Source: Myxococcota bacterium
GTDB lineage: Bacteria; Myxococcota_A; UBA9160; UBA6930
Assembly: GCA_965223705.1 (NCBI GenBank)
Contig: OZ245015.1
Span: 1,152,001 to 1,216,000 of the forward strand
DNA: 64,000 nt
Direction: 5' to 3'
In this document: positions 18,456 through 28,739 of the stretch, piece by piece
Layout of the letters: each line of letters starts with the position of its first letter
Position numbering within the stretch: position 1 is the stretch's first letter
Notes under the pieces: model-generated
Seen by the model: the letters and a program-made list of their open reading frames with translations, nothing else
Told to the model about the DNA's origin: nothing
The model's database searches: none
Position numbers and translations under genes: made by a program

Positions 18456-20233
18456 GCGCGCGGGGCGCGATCGCTTCGCTGGCCCACCTGCGCCCTTATT
18501 TGCGCGGTCATCGGGCCGACTACGCCTGGGGCGCCCTCTCTGTCGTTTCCTATGTCGCGTTGTTCGCCGCGGGGCCGCCGCTCTTCGGTTGGACCCTCCG
18601 CGCCTTGACGGAAGGGCTCGGCCGGGAAGAGGTCCTGAAGCGCGCGGCCGTCTTTGCAGGCGTGGCTCTGGTTTCGACGGCGGTTCGGTTCTTCTCGCGC
18701 ACGTTGTTATTCAATACAGCGCGGCGGATCGAGTACGAGCTCCGCAACGATTTGTTCGCCCACCTGCAGCGCCTTCCGCAATCGTTCTACGCGAAGTGGC
18801 GGACCGGCGACCTCATGAGCCGCTGCGTCAACGATCTCAATTCGATCCGGCTCATGCTCGGCGTGGGAGGCGTCAACATTCTGCAGGCGCCCATCCTGTA
18901 TGCGGCGTCGATCGCGGTCATGCTGACGCTCAACCCGACGCTGACGCTGTTGGCGCTGTGTCCTTATCCGCTCTTCATCGCCATCGCGCGCACGTTCGGC
19001 CGCGCGAACCACGCGGCGAATCTCGCCGTACAGCGCGGCCTGGGCCTCCTCTCGAATCAGGTACAGGAATCCGTTTCGGGCATCGCGGTGGTCAAGGCGT
19101 ACGCCATGGAAGCGGCGACGCAAGAAAGGTTCGACCGAGCCGCGGAGAGTCTGTTCCGCCGTCACCTTCGCCTGGTTCGCGTGAGCAGCGCGATACCGAC
19201 GATGGCGCGACTGCTCCCCGGCCTCGCGATGTGGGTCGTACTCTGGTTCGGCGGACGCGCCATTCAGGGCGGCCGTATGGACATCCCGGAGTTTTTCGTC
19301 TTCGCCCTGTACATCCACCAGCTGACGTTTCCCACGGTGATCACCGGTTGGGTCTTCGCGATCGTTCAACGGGGCGCGGCTTCGATGCAACGCGTGCAGG
19401 AAATTCTCGCGACGAAACCCACGATCGACGATGTCGAAGGCGCACGTGCACCCGAACCCGTCCGCGGCGAAATCGAGTTTCGCGGGCTCTCGTTCCGGTA
19501 CGCCGGCTCGCCCGACCCGGTTCTTCGCGACATCGACCTGCGCGTTCCGGCGGGCTCTGTGCTCGGCGTCGTCGGTCCCATCGGTTCCGGGAAGACGTCG
19601 CTCATTTCGCTGATCCCGCGCCTTTACGAAGTGCCGCCGGGTTGCCTCTTCGTCGACGGTGTGGACGTCAACGACTGGCCGCTCGAAGCCCTGCGCAGCA
19701 GCATCGCTGTCGTACCCCAGGATTCGTTTCTCTTCTCGCTGTCGCTCGCCGACAACATCGCCTTCGGCTTGCCGTCGACCGATCTCGAGACCGCGGCCGC
19801 CGCCGCCCGGTCGGCCCAGCTCGCGGAAGACCTCGAGGAACTCCCCCACGGCCTTTCGACGGTGGTGGGTGAGCGTGGCGTCATGTTGTCGGGGGGACAG
19901 CGGCAGCGGACCGCCTTGGCGCGCGCGTTGATCCTCGATCGACCCATCTTGTTACTCGACGACACGCTCTCGGCCGTCGACGCCGAGACCGAAGCCGCGA
20001 TTCAGGCCGAGTTGCGGAGTCGCTTCGACGGGCGAACGGTCGTCGTCGTGAGCCACCGCGTGTCTTCCGTTCGCGAAGCTGATCAGATCGCCGTGCTCGA
20101 CGGCGGCCGCATCACGGAACTCGGCACCCACGACGAGCTCGTCGCTCTCGGCGGCTGGTACGCACGACTCGCCCGTGCGCAGGCGCTCGAAGCCGAGTTG
20201 TCGACCCTCGACCGCGACGCCGAGGTCGCCTGA
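18452..20233 (+). CDS. ABC exporter, fused TM/ATPase (MdlA/YheI-like)
   Basis: RTGDLMSR, GPIGSGKT, LSGGQRQR, LLDDTLSAVD (degenerate catalytic site typical of heterodimers). Confidence 0.9.
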   Translation: MSARGAIASLAHLRPYLRGHRADYAWGALSVVSYVALFAAGPPLFGWTLRALTEGLGREEVLKRAAVFAGVALVSTAVRFFSRTLLFNTARRIEYELRNDLFAHLQRLPQSFYAKWRTGDLMSRCVNDLNSIRLMLGVGGVNILQAPILYAASIAVMLTLNPTLTLLALCPYPLFIAIARTFGRANHAANLAVQRGLGLLSNQVQESVSGIAVVKAYAMEAATQERFDRAAESLFRRHLRLVRVSSAIPTMARLLPGLAMWVVLWFGGRAIQGGRMDIPEFFVFALYIHQLTFPTVITGWVFAIVQRGAASMQRVQEILATKPTIDDVEGARAPEPVRGEIEFRGLSFRYAGSPDPVLRDIDLRVPAGSVLGVVGPIGSGKTSLISLIPRLYEVPPGCLFVDGVDVNDWPLEALRSSIAVVPQDSFLFSLSLADNIAFGLPSTDLETAAAAARSAQLAEDLEELPHGLSTVVGERGVMLSGGQRQRTALARALILDRPILLLDDTLSAVDAETEAAIQAELRSRFDGRTVVVVSHRVSSVREADQIAVLDGGRITELGTHDELVALGGWYARLARAQALEAELSTLDRDAEVA

Positions 20234-22119
20234 TGTCGGGGAAAGAGAAGCCGAGCGGCGCGCAGCGAGAAGTTCTCCAAGAAGAAGAGGCCCTGGGGAA
20301 GGCGGTCGACGGACATCTCATCGCGCGCTTGTGGCCCTACGTCACACCGTACCGTTGGCAAGTCCTCGTGACGCTGTTGCTCGTGGCCCCGCTCTTCGTG
20401 CTGATGTTCGCTCCGGTCTACATCGTGAAGACCGGCCTCGACCGCGTGTTCGGCTCCGGTGAGCGCGAGCCCAGTTGGATCGAAACGCTTCTCGACGCGC
20501 CGGCCGGGTTTGATGCGCTCCTCTGGCTCGCGGGGCTCTACCTGCTTTCGGTCGTCGCACACTCCGCGCTCGACTTCATCCGTCTCGTCCTGATGGCTCA
20601 AACCGGTCAATCGGCCATGCGGGATCTGCGGCGGGACGTCTTCGCGCACGTACAGCGACTCCACTTGGGTTTCTTCGATCGCTATCCGGTGGGTCGACTG
20701 GTGACGAGGACGACGAACGACGTCGAGAACGTCGCGGAGATGTTCAGCCAGGGAATCATCGCCTTCATCACCGATCTGCTCATCATGATCGGGATCGCGG
20801 TGGTGCTGCTCCTCCAGGACGCCAAGCTCGCGCTGCTGACGTTCTGCGTCGTGCCGGTTCTCGCTGCCGCGGCGGTCATCTTCCGACTCAAGGTGCGAGA
20901 GGCGTACCGGTTGGTGCGCGTTCGCATCGCTCGAATCAACACCTTCATTCAAGAATCCATCACCGGTATGAAGGTCGTTCAGCTGTTTGCGCGGGAGCGT
21001 CGCAACCAACGGGAATTCGAAGCGCTGAACGCCGAGCATCGCGACGCTTGGTTTCAATCGATTCGCTACGACGCGGCACTGTTCTCGGTTGTCGAGCTCG
21101 CGGGCCAAATCACGATGGCCGTGGTGATTGCGAACGCGACCCATATCGCCGAAGCCGGGACGATCTACTTTTTCATCGAAGGGATGCGGCTGTTCTTCAT
21201 GCCGCTTCGGGATCTGTCCGCGAAGTACGCGGTGATGCAGTCGTCGATGGCGAGTTGCGAGCGGATCTTTCAACTGCTCGACACGGAGCCCGCCATCGTT
21301 GACCCGCCCGAACCGAAACGGCTCGATGACGCACGCGGAGAAGTCGTCTTCGAGAATGTGTGGTTCCGCTACAACGACGACGACCCCGACTGGGTCCTGC
21401 GGGACGTTTCCTTCCGCGTCGCCCCCGGCGAGAAAGTGGCGTTCGTCGGGTCGACCGGTGCGGGCAAGACGACAGTCATCAAGCTGCTCACCCGGCTGTA
21501 CGAAGCGACGCGCGGACGGATCACCTTGGACGGCGTCGACATCCGGGACCTGTCCCAAGAGACCCTCCGGCGCCGGGTCGTGACCGTGCTTCAGGACGTC
21601 TTCCTCTTTAGCGGCACGATCGCCGAAAACCTGCAGCTCGGTCGCGACGACATTTCCGAGGCGGCGCTAAAGGACGCCCTCGAAGCGGTCGGGGCCAGTC
21701 GCTTCGTCGACCGGTTGGCCGACGGAATCGATTCCGAGGTTCGCGAACGCGCGACGAACTTCTCGGCGGGCCAACGCCAGCTGTTGTCCTTCGCCCGGGC
21801 GTTGGCGTACGGCGCCCGCGTCTTGGTCCTGGACGAAGCGACCAGCGCCGTCGATGGCGAGACGGAGGAGCTCCTTCAACGCGGTGTCCAGGTGCTGCTC
21901 GAGGACAAGACGGCGCTGGTCATCGCGCACCGCCTGTCGACGATCGAGGACGTCGACCGAATCCACGTTCTGCACCGCGGTCGCATTCGCGAGTCCGGGA
22001 GCCATGAGGAGCTCCTCGCGGCGGGAGGCATCTACGAGCGCCTCTACAGGCTGCAATATGCCGGCTCCGACTCTCCCCTGAGGGAGACGGCTTGCACGTC
22101 CGCCTCCGGCGGTGTTTAA
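20233..22119 (+). CDS. ABC exporter, fused TM/ATPase (MdlB/YheH-like)
   Basis: VGRLVTR, GSTGAGKT, FSAGQRQ and LDEATS motifs; TGATG overlap with partner gene. Confidence 0.9.
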   Translation: MSGKEKPSGAQREVLQEEEALGKAVDGHLIARLWPYVTPYRWQVLVTLLLVAPLFVLMFAPVYIVKTGLDRVFGSGEREPSWIETLLDAPAGFDALLWLAGLYLLSVVAHSALDFIRLVLMAQTGQSAMRDLRRDVFAHVQRLHLGFFDRYPVGRLVTRTTNDVENVAEMFSQGIIAFITDLLIMIGIAVVLLLQDAKLALLTFCVVPVLAAAAVIFRLKVREAYRLVRVRIARINTFIQESITGMKVVQLFARERRNQREFEALNAEHRDAWFQSIRYDAALFSVVELAGQITMAVVIANATHIAEAGTIYFFIEGMRLFFMPLRDLSAKYAVMQSSMASCERIFQLLDTEPAIVDPPEPKRLDDARGEVVFENVWFRYNDDDPDWVLRDVSFRVAPGEKVAFVGSTGAGKTTVIKLLTRLYEATRGRITLDGVDIRDLSQETLRRRVVTVLQDVFLFSGTIAENLQLGRDDISEAALKDALEAVGASRFVDRLADGIDSEVRERATNFSAGQRQLLSFARALAYGARVLVLDEATSAVDGETEELLQRGVQVLLEDKTALVIAHRLSTIEDVDRIHVLHRGRIRESGSHEELLAAGGIYERLYRLQYAGSDSPLRETACTSASGGV

Positions 22120-22215
22120 TCACCTCGACCCCCCGTGAGGACGATCGCCGTTTGGGCTCCGGACGCCCGGGCGGGCGGATGACCTCGCCCGTCGGCGAAC
22201 GCCAGGGGGGTGCTC

Positions 22216-25200
22216 TTGCACGTCAAGTCCCTAGAAATTCACGGCTTTAAGAGCTTTGTCGATCGTGTCGTCTTCGGCTTTGAAGAAGGCATCACCGCGA
22301 TCGTCGGCCCGAACGGCTGCGGCAAGTCGAACGTGGTGGACGCCTTTCGCTGGGGCATGGGCGAGCAATCGCCGCGCCGATTGCGAGGCAAAGGGATGGA
22401 AGACGTCATCTTCGCGGGGTCCGAGCAGCGCTCCCCCGTCGGAATGGCGGAAGTGGTGATCACCTTCGACACCAGCGACGGCCAAGCGCCGCCGGCTTAC
22501 GCAGCGTTCCAAGAGGTCCAGGTATCCCGGCGCCTCTATCGGTCGGGCGAATCGGAATACCTGATCAACAAGGTGCCGAGCCGTCTGAAAGACGTCCTCG
22601 ATTTCTTCCGCGACACCGGTATCGGCACTCGCGGCTACGCGATCGTCGAACAGGGTCGGATCGCGGAAATCGTTTCCGCTCGCCCCGAAGAGCGCCGGGG
22701 GTTGATCGAAGAAGCTGCCGGCATCAGCAAATACAAGGCCCGGCGTCGCGAAGCCGAGCGGAAGCTCGAGGGCACCGAACAAAACCTGCTCCGCGTGTCG
22801 GATGTCCTCGGCGAGATCAAGCGCCAGATCAACTCCCTCGAGCGCCAGGCGCGCAAGGCGGCCCGCTTCAAGCGCCTGCGCGAGACCCAGCGGCTGCTCG
22901 AGCTCTCCTTGGCGTACGACGAGCGCGCGACGCTTCTCGAGGAGATCGAACGCTCGCGGAAGCGCGCGGCGGAACGATCCGATGCACTGACAGCGAGCGA
23001 AGCGAAGCTCTCCGAAAAAGAAGCGGCCCTCGAGCAGCACCGGGTCGAACTCGCCGAGCGCGAGCGCGTGGTGATGAGCGAATCGGAGCGGTTGTTCCAC
23101 CTGCGCAGTCAGATCAAAGATCTGGAAGGCCGCATCAGCTACGGCCGGAGGGAGCGGGGATCGCTCCTCGAGGCTTCGGAATCCCGGACCCGCGAGCGCG
23201 AGCAGCTCGAAAAGCAACTGCGCGAATCCGAGGAGAGCTTGGCGCGCCAGCAGGATGAGCTGCGCGCGGTCGCGGCCGCGCTCGAGGCCGACGGGCAGGC
23301 GATGGCGGTGGCGGAAGCAGAAGCGCGCGGTGCGGAAGAGGCCCTGCGCGAGGTCGAAGCGCAGCGCGACGCGGCAAACCACACGCTTGTCGAGCACCTG
23401 ACCCTGATCGCTCGGCTGGAAGACCGATTGTCTGCACTGGGGGATCGGCGCGACGAGGTCGATCGCCGGCTCCGCACGACCGACGAGCAGGTCGAGGTGC
23501 ACCAGAACGAGGCCGCGAGGGTGAATTCCGATCAGCAGGCGCTGGAAGAAGGGCTTCGGAACCTTCTCCACGACCGCGACGCGCTGATGGGAAGGCTGCG
23601 CGAAGCCACGAACCAGAAGGCGACTGCCGACGGCGAACTCGACCGGGTGCGCGGTGAGCTGCGCGAGGCTCGGGAACTTCGCGAAACGCGCAAGGCGCGC
23701 CTCCTGTCGCTGGAAGAACTCATCGAACGTCGGGAAGATCTCGGAAGCGCCGCGCGCCACTTGCTCTCGGGAGACGCCGCGGGGCAGCGGTTGGGTCTAC
23801 TCCGGGACACCTTGACGATCGAGCCGGGGTTCGAGCGCGCTCTCGAGGCCGTCTTGGCCGGGGTCGCGGAAGCCCTCGTCGCCGAAGGTCCCGACGCCGC
23901 ACTGTCCGCCATCGATCGACTGCGATCCGAAGGAGCCGGGCGCGGCGCGTTCGTCGTCGCTTCGGGAGATGCGGAGCCGTCCGCCGGCATCGTTCCTCTG
24001 GGCACACCACTGCGTTCTCACGTAACGCCGCGCTCGGGTTACGCGGGGCTGTTCGACCGGTTGTTGCGCGACATCAACTGTGTCGATTCGCTCGGCGAAG
24101 TCGTCCGCCTCTACGGGACGAAGCCTCCCTGCACGTTCGTCACGCGGGAAGGCGACGTGCTCACGCCGTCGGGGGTCCTACAGGGCGGTGGCGGAACGAG
24201 CGAGCCCGGTGTGCTCGGTCGCGTCGCGGAGGTTCAGCAACTCCATGCCGAAGTCGCCGAACTCGATCGTCGCGTCCAAACGCTCGAGGAGCGCGAACGG
24301 TCTGCGGCGAGCGCCGCGTCGGTTGCGAGCGACGAACTCGACAATCTGCGCAATCGCCACCATACGGCGGCCCTCGCCGTCGCGAGCCACGAGAAAGATC
24401 TCGAACGCTCTCGCGACCGGTTGAAAGCGATCGGTGAAGCTCAGGAAGACCGCGTCGCGGCGCGCTCGTCACTGCTCGAGGAAGCGGGACGTTTCGATGA
24501 GGAGCGTGCGCGCGCCGAAGAGCAACTGGCCGAGGCTCGCGGCGAACGGACCCGCCGGCAGGGTCTTCTCGACGGCCTGGGTATGCGGATCGGGAGCGCT
24601 TCGCGAGAGGTAGCCCGTCTGGCCGCGGTGGTCACCGAGCGTCGCGTGCAGCAGGCGAGTCGCGCGGAGACCCGCGATCGGGTGTCCGAATCCGTGACCG
24701 CGACCCAGGCGAGCGTGGAGGAGCTTCGCGGTTGGATCGGCCAGCGGGAAGAAGAGATAGCGAGTGCGACGCAGCGCCGCGGGCAGCTCGCCGAAGAAAT
24801 CGAATCGTGTGAGCGGGAATTGGCCGAACGGCTTCGGGACGAGGAGACGGCTCGGGTCGACGCTGAGGCCAAGCGCGAAGCGTTCGAGCGATCCGCGGCC
24901 GAGGTTCGCACGCTCGAGGAAGGCGCACGCGGCGACCGACAGGAAGTGAACCAGGCGCGAGAATCCGCGCAGGCGGCGGAGCTCGCGGTGAAAGAAGGCG
25001 AGCTTCGGTTGACCCATCTGGCGGAAACCATCCGCGACCGGTGGCACGTCGATCTCGTCGATTGGAAGCCGCCGGTTCCCGCCCAGGACGTCGCGATCGC
25101 TACGGAGACCGAACGCGCGGCCACCCAAGGGCCGCCGTCGGACGGCGAATCTCTCGAAGACGACGCCGATGTGCGGCGAGAAGCCGCTCGGAACGCCGAG

Positions 25201-25860
25201 CTCATGGCGGCCGACACGCCCGAGCGCAAGCGCGTCCTCGAGGAGACCCGACGCAAGATCGAATCGATGGGCGAAGTGAATCTCGGAGCGATCGAAGAGC
25301 ACGAGGAGCTCAGGGAGCGGGACCGCTTCTTGACCGAGCAAAAGGCCGACCTCGAGCACAGTGTCACACAGCTGCGCGACGCGATCTCGCGAATCAATCG
25401 CACGAGCCGAAAACGGTTCCGCGAGACCTTCGACGCGGTGAACGAGCAGTTCGAAAAGAACTTTCCGAGGCTCTTCCGGGGCGGCAAAGCGTCTCTCAGC
25501 CTGTCGGAATCGGAAGACGTGCTCGACGCCGGCATCGAGATCATGGCGCAGCCCCCGGGCAAGAAGAACCAGAGCGTGAACTTGCTGTCCGGAGGCGAAA
25601 AGACCATGACGGCCCTGGCTTTGTTGGTCTCCGTATTCCAAGTGCGACCATCGCCGTTCTTCCTTCTCGATGAGGTCGACGCCGCGCTCGACGATGCGAA
25701 TATCGGTCGCTTCAACGAGATGTTGGCCGAACTGTCCGATGACTCGCAGTTCCTTCTCATCACCCACAACAAGCGCACGATCGAGGTCGCGAAGACGTTG
25801 TACGGCGTGACGATGGAAGAGAAGGGCGTGTCGAAACTCGTCGGCGTCGAGCTCGGCTGA
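22216..25860 (+). CDS. smc: Chromosome segregation protein SMC
   Basis: GFKSF, GPNGCGKSN, coiled coils and hinge, LSGGEK, LDEVDAALD. Confidence 0.97.
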   Translation: MHVKSLEIHGFKSFVDRVVFGFEEGITAIVGPNGCGKSNVVDAFRWGMGEQSPRRLRGKGMEDVIFAGSEQRSPVGMAEVVITFDTSDGQAPPAYAAFQEVQVSRRLYRSGESEYLINKVPSRLKDVLDFFRDTGIGTRGYAIVEQGRIAEIVSARPEERRGLIEEAAGISKYKARRREAERKLEGTEQNLLRVSDVLGEIKRQINSLERQARKAARFKRLRETQRLLELSLAYDERATLLEEIERSRKRAAERSDALTASEAKLSEKEAALEQHRVELAERERVVMSESERLFHLRSQIKDLEGRISYGRRERGSLLEASESRTREREQLEKQLRESEESLARQQDELRAVAAALEADGQAMAVAEAEARGAEEALREVEAQRDAANHTLVEHLTLIARLEDRLSALGDRRDEVDRRLRTTDEQVEVHQNEAARVNSDQQALEEGLRNLLHDRDALMGRLREATNQKATADGELDRVRGELREARELRETRKARLLSLEELIERREDLGSAARHLLSGDAAGQRLGLLRDTLTIEPGFERALEAVLAGVAEALVAEGPDAALSAIDRLRSEGAGRGAFVVASGDAEPSAGIVPLGTPLRSHVTPRSGYAGLFDRLLRDINCVDSLGEVVRLYGTKPPCTFVTREGDVLTPSGVLQGGGGTSEPGVLGRVAEVQQLHAEVAELDRRVQTLEERERSAASAASVASDELDNLRNRHHTAALAVASHEKDLERSRDRLKAIGEAQEDRVAARSSLLEEAGRFDEERARAEEQLAEARGERTRRQGLLDGLGMRIGSASREVARLAAVVTERRVQQASRAETRDRVSESVTATQASVEELRGWIGQREEEIASATQRRGQLAEEIESCERELAERLRDEETARVDAEAKREAFERSAAEVRTLEEGARGDRQEVNQARESAQAAELAVKEGELRLTHLAETIRDRWHVDLVDWKPPVPAQDVAIATETERAATQGPPSDGESLEDDADVRREAARNAELMAADTPERKRVLEETRRKIESMGEVNLGAIEEHEELRERDRFLTEQKADLEHSVTQLRDAISRINRTSRKRFRETFDAVNEQFEKNFPRLFRGGKASLSLSESEDVLDAGIEIMAQPPGKKNQSVNLLSGGEKTMTALALLVSVFQVRPSPFFLLDEVDAALDDANIGRFNEMLAELSDDSQFLLITHNKRTIEVAKTLYGVTMEEKGVSKLVGVELG

Positions 25861-25907
25861 CCGGCTCGGCGCGAGGCGCCGCCAGCCCAAGCTGTTAAGT
25901 TCCGGCC

Positions 25908-27133
25908 ATGGAACCTTCGGCCGGATTCGCAACCGAGTTCATACAGTGGGCGCGCGACAACGCTTCGTTGTTGGTCGGCCTCGCGGCGGTGTTGCCCTCT
26001 GCGTTCACCGCTCTCGCGATGCTCCTCGGGCGATCACCCGAGGTTGCGCCGGAAGCGCCGGAACCGGCGCCGCTGCCCGCGCCCGAGGCACCTTCACCCG
26101 CGCCGGAACCCGTAGAGGCGGACGAAGCCGAGCCGCTAGAGGCGGAGGAAGCCGAGCCGCTAGAGGCGGAGGAAGCCGAGCCGCCGCGAGCCGCTAGAGC
26201 CGGAGGAAGCCTCCCGCGATTCCCGAGGCGGTCCCACTGCGCGAACGGCTCGCGCGGACCCGCGAAGCGCTCGTCGGTCGGATCGGCTCGTTGCTGTCGG
26301 GAAAGACACTCGATGGCGACGTTCTCGAGGAGCTCGAAGCCACCTTGTTCGGAGCCGATCTCGGCGTTCGGACCGCAGACGATCTGTTGCAAACGGTTCG
26401 ACGAGAAGCCGCGGGCGGCGACGCCGAGGCCGTGCGGAACGCGCTTCGCGCGACGCTCCTCGATCGGCTCTCGCGCGTGGAGCCTTCGACCGATCCCCTG
26501 GCGCTTCAAGGCAAGCCCCACGTCGTTCTGGTGCTCGGAGTCAACGGGTCGGGCAAGACGACGACGATCGGAAAGCTCGCCGCGCGTTACCGAAGCGCCG
26601 GCCGCAGCGTCATCCTCGGAGCGGGCGACACGTTCCGCGCGGCCGCGGCGCAGCAGCTCGAAGTTTGGGGAGAGCGCGCCGGCTGCGAGGTCGTCGTGGG
26701 GCCCGAAGGCGGTGACCCTGCGGCGGTCGCTTTCGACACGGTGAAAGCGGCGAACGCGCGCGGGATCGACGTGGCCTTGATCGACACAGCCGGCCGGCTC
26801 CAGACCAAGGCGCCGCTCATGGAAGAGCTCGGCAAGATCGCGCGCATCCTCGGTCGCGACGTCGAAGGCGCGCCGCACGAAACCCTGCTGGTGCTCGATT
26901 CGAACACCGGGCAGAACGCTCTGCAGCAGGCGGAACTGTTCACGGAAGTCACTCCGGTCACCGGCATCGTTCTCACGAAACTCGACGGCACGGCGAAGGG
27001 CGGCGTGATCGTCGGTCTGGCCGACGCGTTCGGTATCCCCGTGAAACACGTCGGGGTTGGAGAAGGCGTCGAGGATCTTCGAGACTTTCGCGCGGAAGAG
27101 TTCGTCGACGCGCTTTTCGACTCCGGGGCTTGA
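25908..27133 (+). CDS. ftsY: SRP receptor FtsY (apparent frameshift(s) near 26185-26212)
   Basis: NG domain GVNGSGKTTT, DTFRAAA, DTAGR and TKLDGTAKGG in one frame; TM plus acidic Pro/Glu N-region in another frame. Confidence 0.92.
26113..26211 (+). repeat. 24-nt coding tandem repeat (EAEEAEPL) in the ftsY acidic domain
   Basis: tagaggcggaggaagccgagccgc repeated about 4 times, last copies irregular. Confidence 0.8.
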
Positions 27134-28626
27134 CCGTGTCGCGCTTTGTTCTCGCTCTCGACCAGGGCACCACTTCATCCCGCGCGATTCTTTTCGACCG
27201 GGACGGTCAACCCGCTGCCGTGGCGCAAGCGGAGTTCCGCCAGTACTTCCCCAAACCGGGTTGGGTCGAGCACGATCCCGAGGAGATCTACGCGACACAG
27301 GTCGACGCCGCGAAGCAGGTGCTCGCGAAGGCCGGCGTCACGACGCGCGACGTGCGCGCCATCGGGATCACGAATCAGCGCGAGACCACCGTGGTGTGGG
27401 AGCGCGCGAGCGGACGTCCGATCTATCCGGCGATCGTCTGGCAATCCCGGCAGACCGCACCGCTCTGTCAAGAGCTTCGCGATCGCGGGCTCGCCGAGGA
27501 CGTGCGAAACCGCACCGGGCTCGTGATCGACGCGTACTTCTCCGCGACGAAGATCCGCTTCATTCTCGATCGCGTGGAGGGGGCGGCGGAACGCGCACGG
27601 CGCGGAGAACTCGCTTTTGGAACGATCGACAGTTGGCTCATCTACCGGCTGACCGAAGGCGCGGTGCACGCCACCGAAGGGTCGAACGCCTCGCGCACGA
27701 TGATCTACAACATCCGCGAAAACGATTGGGACCCGGTCCTGCTCGACGCGATCGACGTCCCGCGCGAAATCCTGCCCGAGGTGCGGGACTCGAGCGGCGA
27801 TTTCGGCGAGACCGGCGTGCTGGGAGGTCCGCTGCCCATCGCCGGCGTCGCGGGGGACCAGCAAGCCGCGCTCTTCGGTCAGGGATGTTTTGCGCCCGGA
27901 AGCGCGAAGAACACCTACGGCACGGGTTGCTTCTTCCTTTCGCAAACCGGCGAGCGCGCGCCGCACTCGGAGAACGGCCTGGTCACGACCATCGCCTGGT
28001 GTTTGGAGGGTCGCGTCTCGTACGCTCTCGAAGGCAGCGTGTTTGTCGCTGGGGCTGCGATCCAGTGGTTGCGCGATGAGCTCGGGATCCTCGAGAGCGC
28101 GGCGGAGAGCGAGACCCTCGCCCGCTCCGTGCCCGACACCGGGGGCGTCGTGCTCGTACCGGCGTTCGCGGGGCTCGGTGCGCCCCATTGGGATGAGACC
28201 GCCCGGGGCCTTCTGATCGGATTGACCCGCGGGACAAGCCGAGCGCACATCGTCCGCGCGGCACTCGAGTCCCTGGCCTACCAGTCGCGTGACATGATTC
28301 GTTGCGCGGAGTCCGATTCCGGAGAATCGGTTGCGAGCCTGCGCGTGGACGGTGGCGCGTGCGAGAATGACTTCTTGATGCAGTTTCAGGCGGATATCTT
28401 GGGTGTGCCCGTCGAGCGACCGAGGAACCTCGAGGTGACTGCGTTCGGCGCCGCCGCCCTCGCCGGGCTGGCGACGGGTTTCTATTCGGACCGGAATGCA
28501 CTCACGGAGACGGCGCGGGCCGGGGCTCGGACCTTCGACCCGTCGCTTCCCGAGAGCGAGCGTTCTGCACTCGTCGAACGCTGGGGCCGGGCCGTCGAGC
28601 GTGCGCGGGGCTGGGAAACGCTGTGA
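27130..28626 (+). CDS. glpK: Glycerol kinase
   Basis: DQGTTSSR, GITNQRET, GDQQAALFGQ, KNTYGTG and LRVDGG motifs. Confidence 0.97.
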   Translation: MTVSRFVLALDQGTTSSRAILFDRDGQPAAVAQAEFRQYFPKPGWVEHDPEEIYATQVDAAKQVLAKAGVTTRDVRAIGITNQRETTVVWERASGRPIYPAIVWQSRQTAPLCQELRDRGLAEDVRNRTGLVIDAYFSATKIRFILDRVEGAAERARRGELAFGTIDSWLIYRLTEGAVHATEGSNASRTMIYNIRENDWDPVLLDAIDVPREILPEVRDSSGDFGETGVLGGPLPIAGVAGDQQAALFGQGCFAPGSAKNTYGTGCFFLSQTGERAPHSENGLVTTIAWCLEGRVSYALEGSVFVAGAAIQWLRDELGILESAAESETLARSVPDTGGVVLVPAFAGLGAPHWDETARGLLIGLTRGTSRAHIVRAALESLAYQSRDMIRCAESDSGESVASLRVDGGACENDFLMQFQADILGVPVERPRNLEVTAFGAAALAGLATGFYSDRNALTETARAGARTFDPSLPESERSALVERWGRAVERARGWETL

Positions 28627-28739
28627 TCGTCATTCCCGCAAGCGGTAGGACCAGCCTGTGATCGTCATTCCCGCAAGCGGTAGGGCCAGCCTGTGATCGT
28701 CATTCCCGCAAGCGGTAGGACCAGCCTGTGATCGTCATT
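28621..28739 (+). repeat. 35-bp tandem repeat x3.4, each unit a translationally coupled 12-codon mini-ORF
   Basis: ctgtgatcgtcattcccgcaagcggtagg(a/g)ccagc at 28621, 28656 and 28691, partial at 28726. Confidence 0.95.

Noticed and set aside
28621..28739. CRISPR array
   Set aside because: Units are contiguous and the would-be spacers are identical apart from one SNP; no cas genes in the window
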